From: a candidate division WOR-3 bacterium
GTDB lineage: Bacteria > Hydrothermota > Tepidihabitantia > Tepidihabitantales > CAIPLT01
Direction: 5' to 3'
DNA length: 56,427 bases
NCBI GenBank assembly: GCA_965649215.1
Contig: CBFGJZ010000004.1
Location: forward strand, 16,538-72,964
Below are positions 53,721 to 56,427 of the stretch, in pieces; position 1 is the first letter of the stretch; each line of letters opens with the position of its first letter. The notes under the pieces were generated by a model. It was given only the letters and a program-made list of their open reading frames with translations, was not told the origin of the DNA and made no database searches. Position numbers and translations under genes: made by a program.

Positions 53721-54947
53721 ATGCCGCTATATCGTTATAAAGTAAGAAATCGAGAAGGAGTTATCTTAACAGGTACCGTTGAAGGGACTGATTTAGCAGG
53801 TGTTATTGAAAAACTTGACAGCAGTGGTTATATCCCCCTTTCTGTAAAAGAAGAAAAAATGAAAAGTCAAGTTGGCAATATTAACATTAATATCCCATTT
53901 TTAAGACCACGAGTTAAATTAGTTGATTTAATTATCTTCACGAGACAGTTTGTTACTCTTCATAAAGCAGGTCTACCTATGCTCACTGCGATAACTGCTC
54001 TTCAAGCTCAAACTCGGAGTAAAGCTTTAGCTAAAGCTTTAGATGGCATCCGAAAAGATCTTATGGGTGGTATAACTCTATCTAGTGCAATGTCGAAATA
54101 TCCCAGCATTTTTAATGAATTGTATGTTAATTCCGTCTGGGCTGGTGAAACCGGCGGTGTTCTTGACGAAATTTTAACCCGTGTTGCTGATCTTTTAGAT
54201 CACGAACGAAGAATGCGGTCAGATATTCTTTCTGCACTACGTTATCCGATTTTTGTTGTAATAATGTTCTTTATCGCAATTTTCGTATTAGCAACCTTTG
54301 TGCTTCCTAAATTTATTGGTGTGATTGGGGCTGTCGGTGGTAAAGTACCATTTTTAACAAGACTACTTATTGCAATTACAAACTTTCTGCAAAAATATTG
54401 GTTGATTGGTCTCTTAATTATTGCTTTACTGGTAGTACTTTTTATCTTGTTTATTCGAACTAAAAATGGACGTTTATGGTGGGATCAATTCAAACTTAAA
54501 ATACCGATTTTTGGTGACATCACTTATAAGTTAACTCTGAGCAGATTTGCCCGTATGTTTGAAACCCTAGACCGCACAGGACTACCAATTCTTCGTTCAC
54601 TTAATTTAGTCAGTAAAACTGTTGGCAATGCTTATTTTGCTTTAAAAACGGATATGGTTGCAGAAAATGTTCGCCGTGGAAGAGGACTTGCTGCCCCCAT
54701 GAAAGAAGCTAAAATATTTCCCCCCATGGTTGTGCAAATGGTTCAAACTGGTGAAGAATCTGGTTCACTTGACGATATGTTAAAACAAGTATCAGATTTT
54801 TATGATAGCGAAGTTGAATTTGCTGTGAAAAACTTAACCAGTATGATTGAACCCGTCTTAATTATGATTTTAGGAGTAGGTGCAGTATTTGTTATTTTAG
54901 CAGTACTCCTTCCTTATATGTCTATTCTCTCACAATTAGGAAAATAG
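53721..54947 (+). CDS. pilC: Type IV pilus / type II secretion platform protein (GspF/PilC family)
   Basis: Duplicated T2SSF domains (FTRQFVTLHKAGLPML..; FARMFETLDRTGLPIL..) with three TM segments. Confidence 0.85.
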   Translation: MPLYRYKVRNREGVILTGTVEGTDLAGVIEKLDSSGYIPLSVKEEKMKSQVGNININIPFLRPRVKLVDLIIFTRQFVTLHKAGLPMLTAITALQAQTRSKALAKALDGIRKDLMGGITLSSAMSKYPSIFNELYVNSVWAGETGGVLDEILTRVADLLDHERRMRSDILSALRYPIFVVIMFFIAIFVLATFVLPKFIGVIGAVGGKVPFLTRLLIAITNFLQKYWLIGLLIIALLVVLFILFIRTKNGRLWWDQFKLKIPIFGDITYKLTLSRFARMFETLDRTGLPILRSLNLVSKTVGNAYFALKTDMVAENVRRGRGLAAPMKEAKIFPPMVVQMVQTGEESGSLDDMLKQVSDFYDSEVEFAVKNLTSMIEPVLIMILGVGAVFVILAVLLPYMSILSQLGK

Positions 54948-54994
54948 GATTTGATAAAAAGAGAATACTTATCAAGTATATAAATTAACATCAT

Positions 54995-56427
<1,433 letters not shown>

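Overview
AT-rich (roughly one-third GC) bacterial chromosomal window, mostly single-copy housekeeping and envelope genes. Identified genes include ilvE, rpiB, tldD/pmbA, der, hisC, cutA, smc-ftsY, tgt, ptsH-ptsI, pilB-pilC, a partial gyrB and one tRNA-Met(CAU). Seven large secreted proteins end in a type IX secretion (T9SS/Por) C-terminal sorting domain, which points to an uncultured FCB-superphylum-like lineage. Its promoters nevertheless look like classical sigma70 TTGACA/TATAAT promoters. I found no rRNA, CRISPR array, transposase or integrase. The most interesting locus is a four-gene operon at 3106-8941. It encodes an orphan 279-aa protein, two divergent paralogous P-loop ATPases that look BrxD/DUF2791-like, and an Lhr/BrxHI-like DExH helicase. 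It lacks the PglX/PglZ genes of BREX and any recognisable TerB protein of Shango. A DUF559 endonuclease-domain gene lies to its left, and 640 bp of non-coding DNA with a repeat-dense, GC-richer core lies to its right. I read it as a candidate undescribed ATPase-helicase defence system; this rests on motif-level recognition and was not confirmed by any search. Secondary observations: apparent loss of the canonical start codon in a gingipain-like C25 protease gene and its FG-GAP neighbour, several promoters placed 5-6 nt from the ATG (leaderless candidates), and tandem secreted ComEC-type MBL hydrolases. Also noted are an IscU-zinc-ribbon fusion, an XRE regulator with an 18-bp perfect palindrome over its own promoter, and an EI/HPr pair without EII genes.
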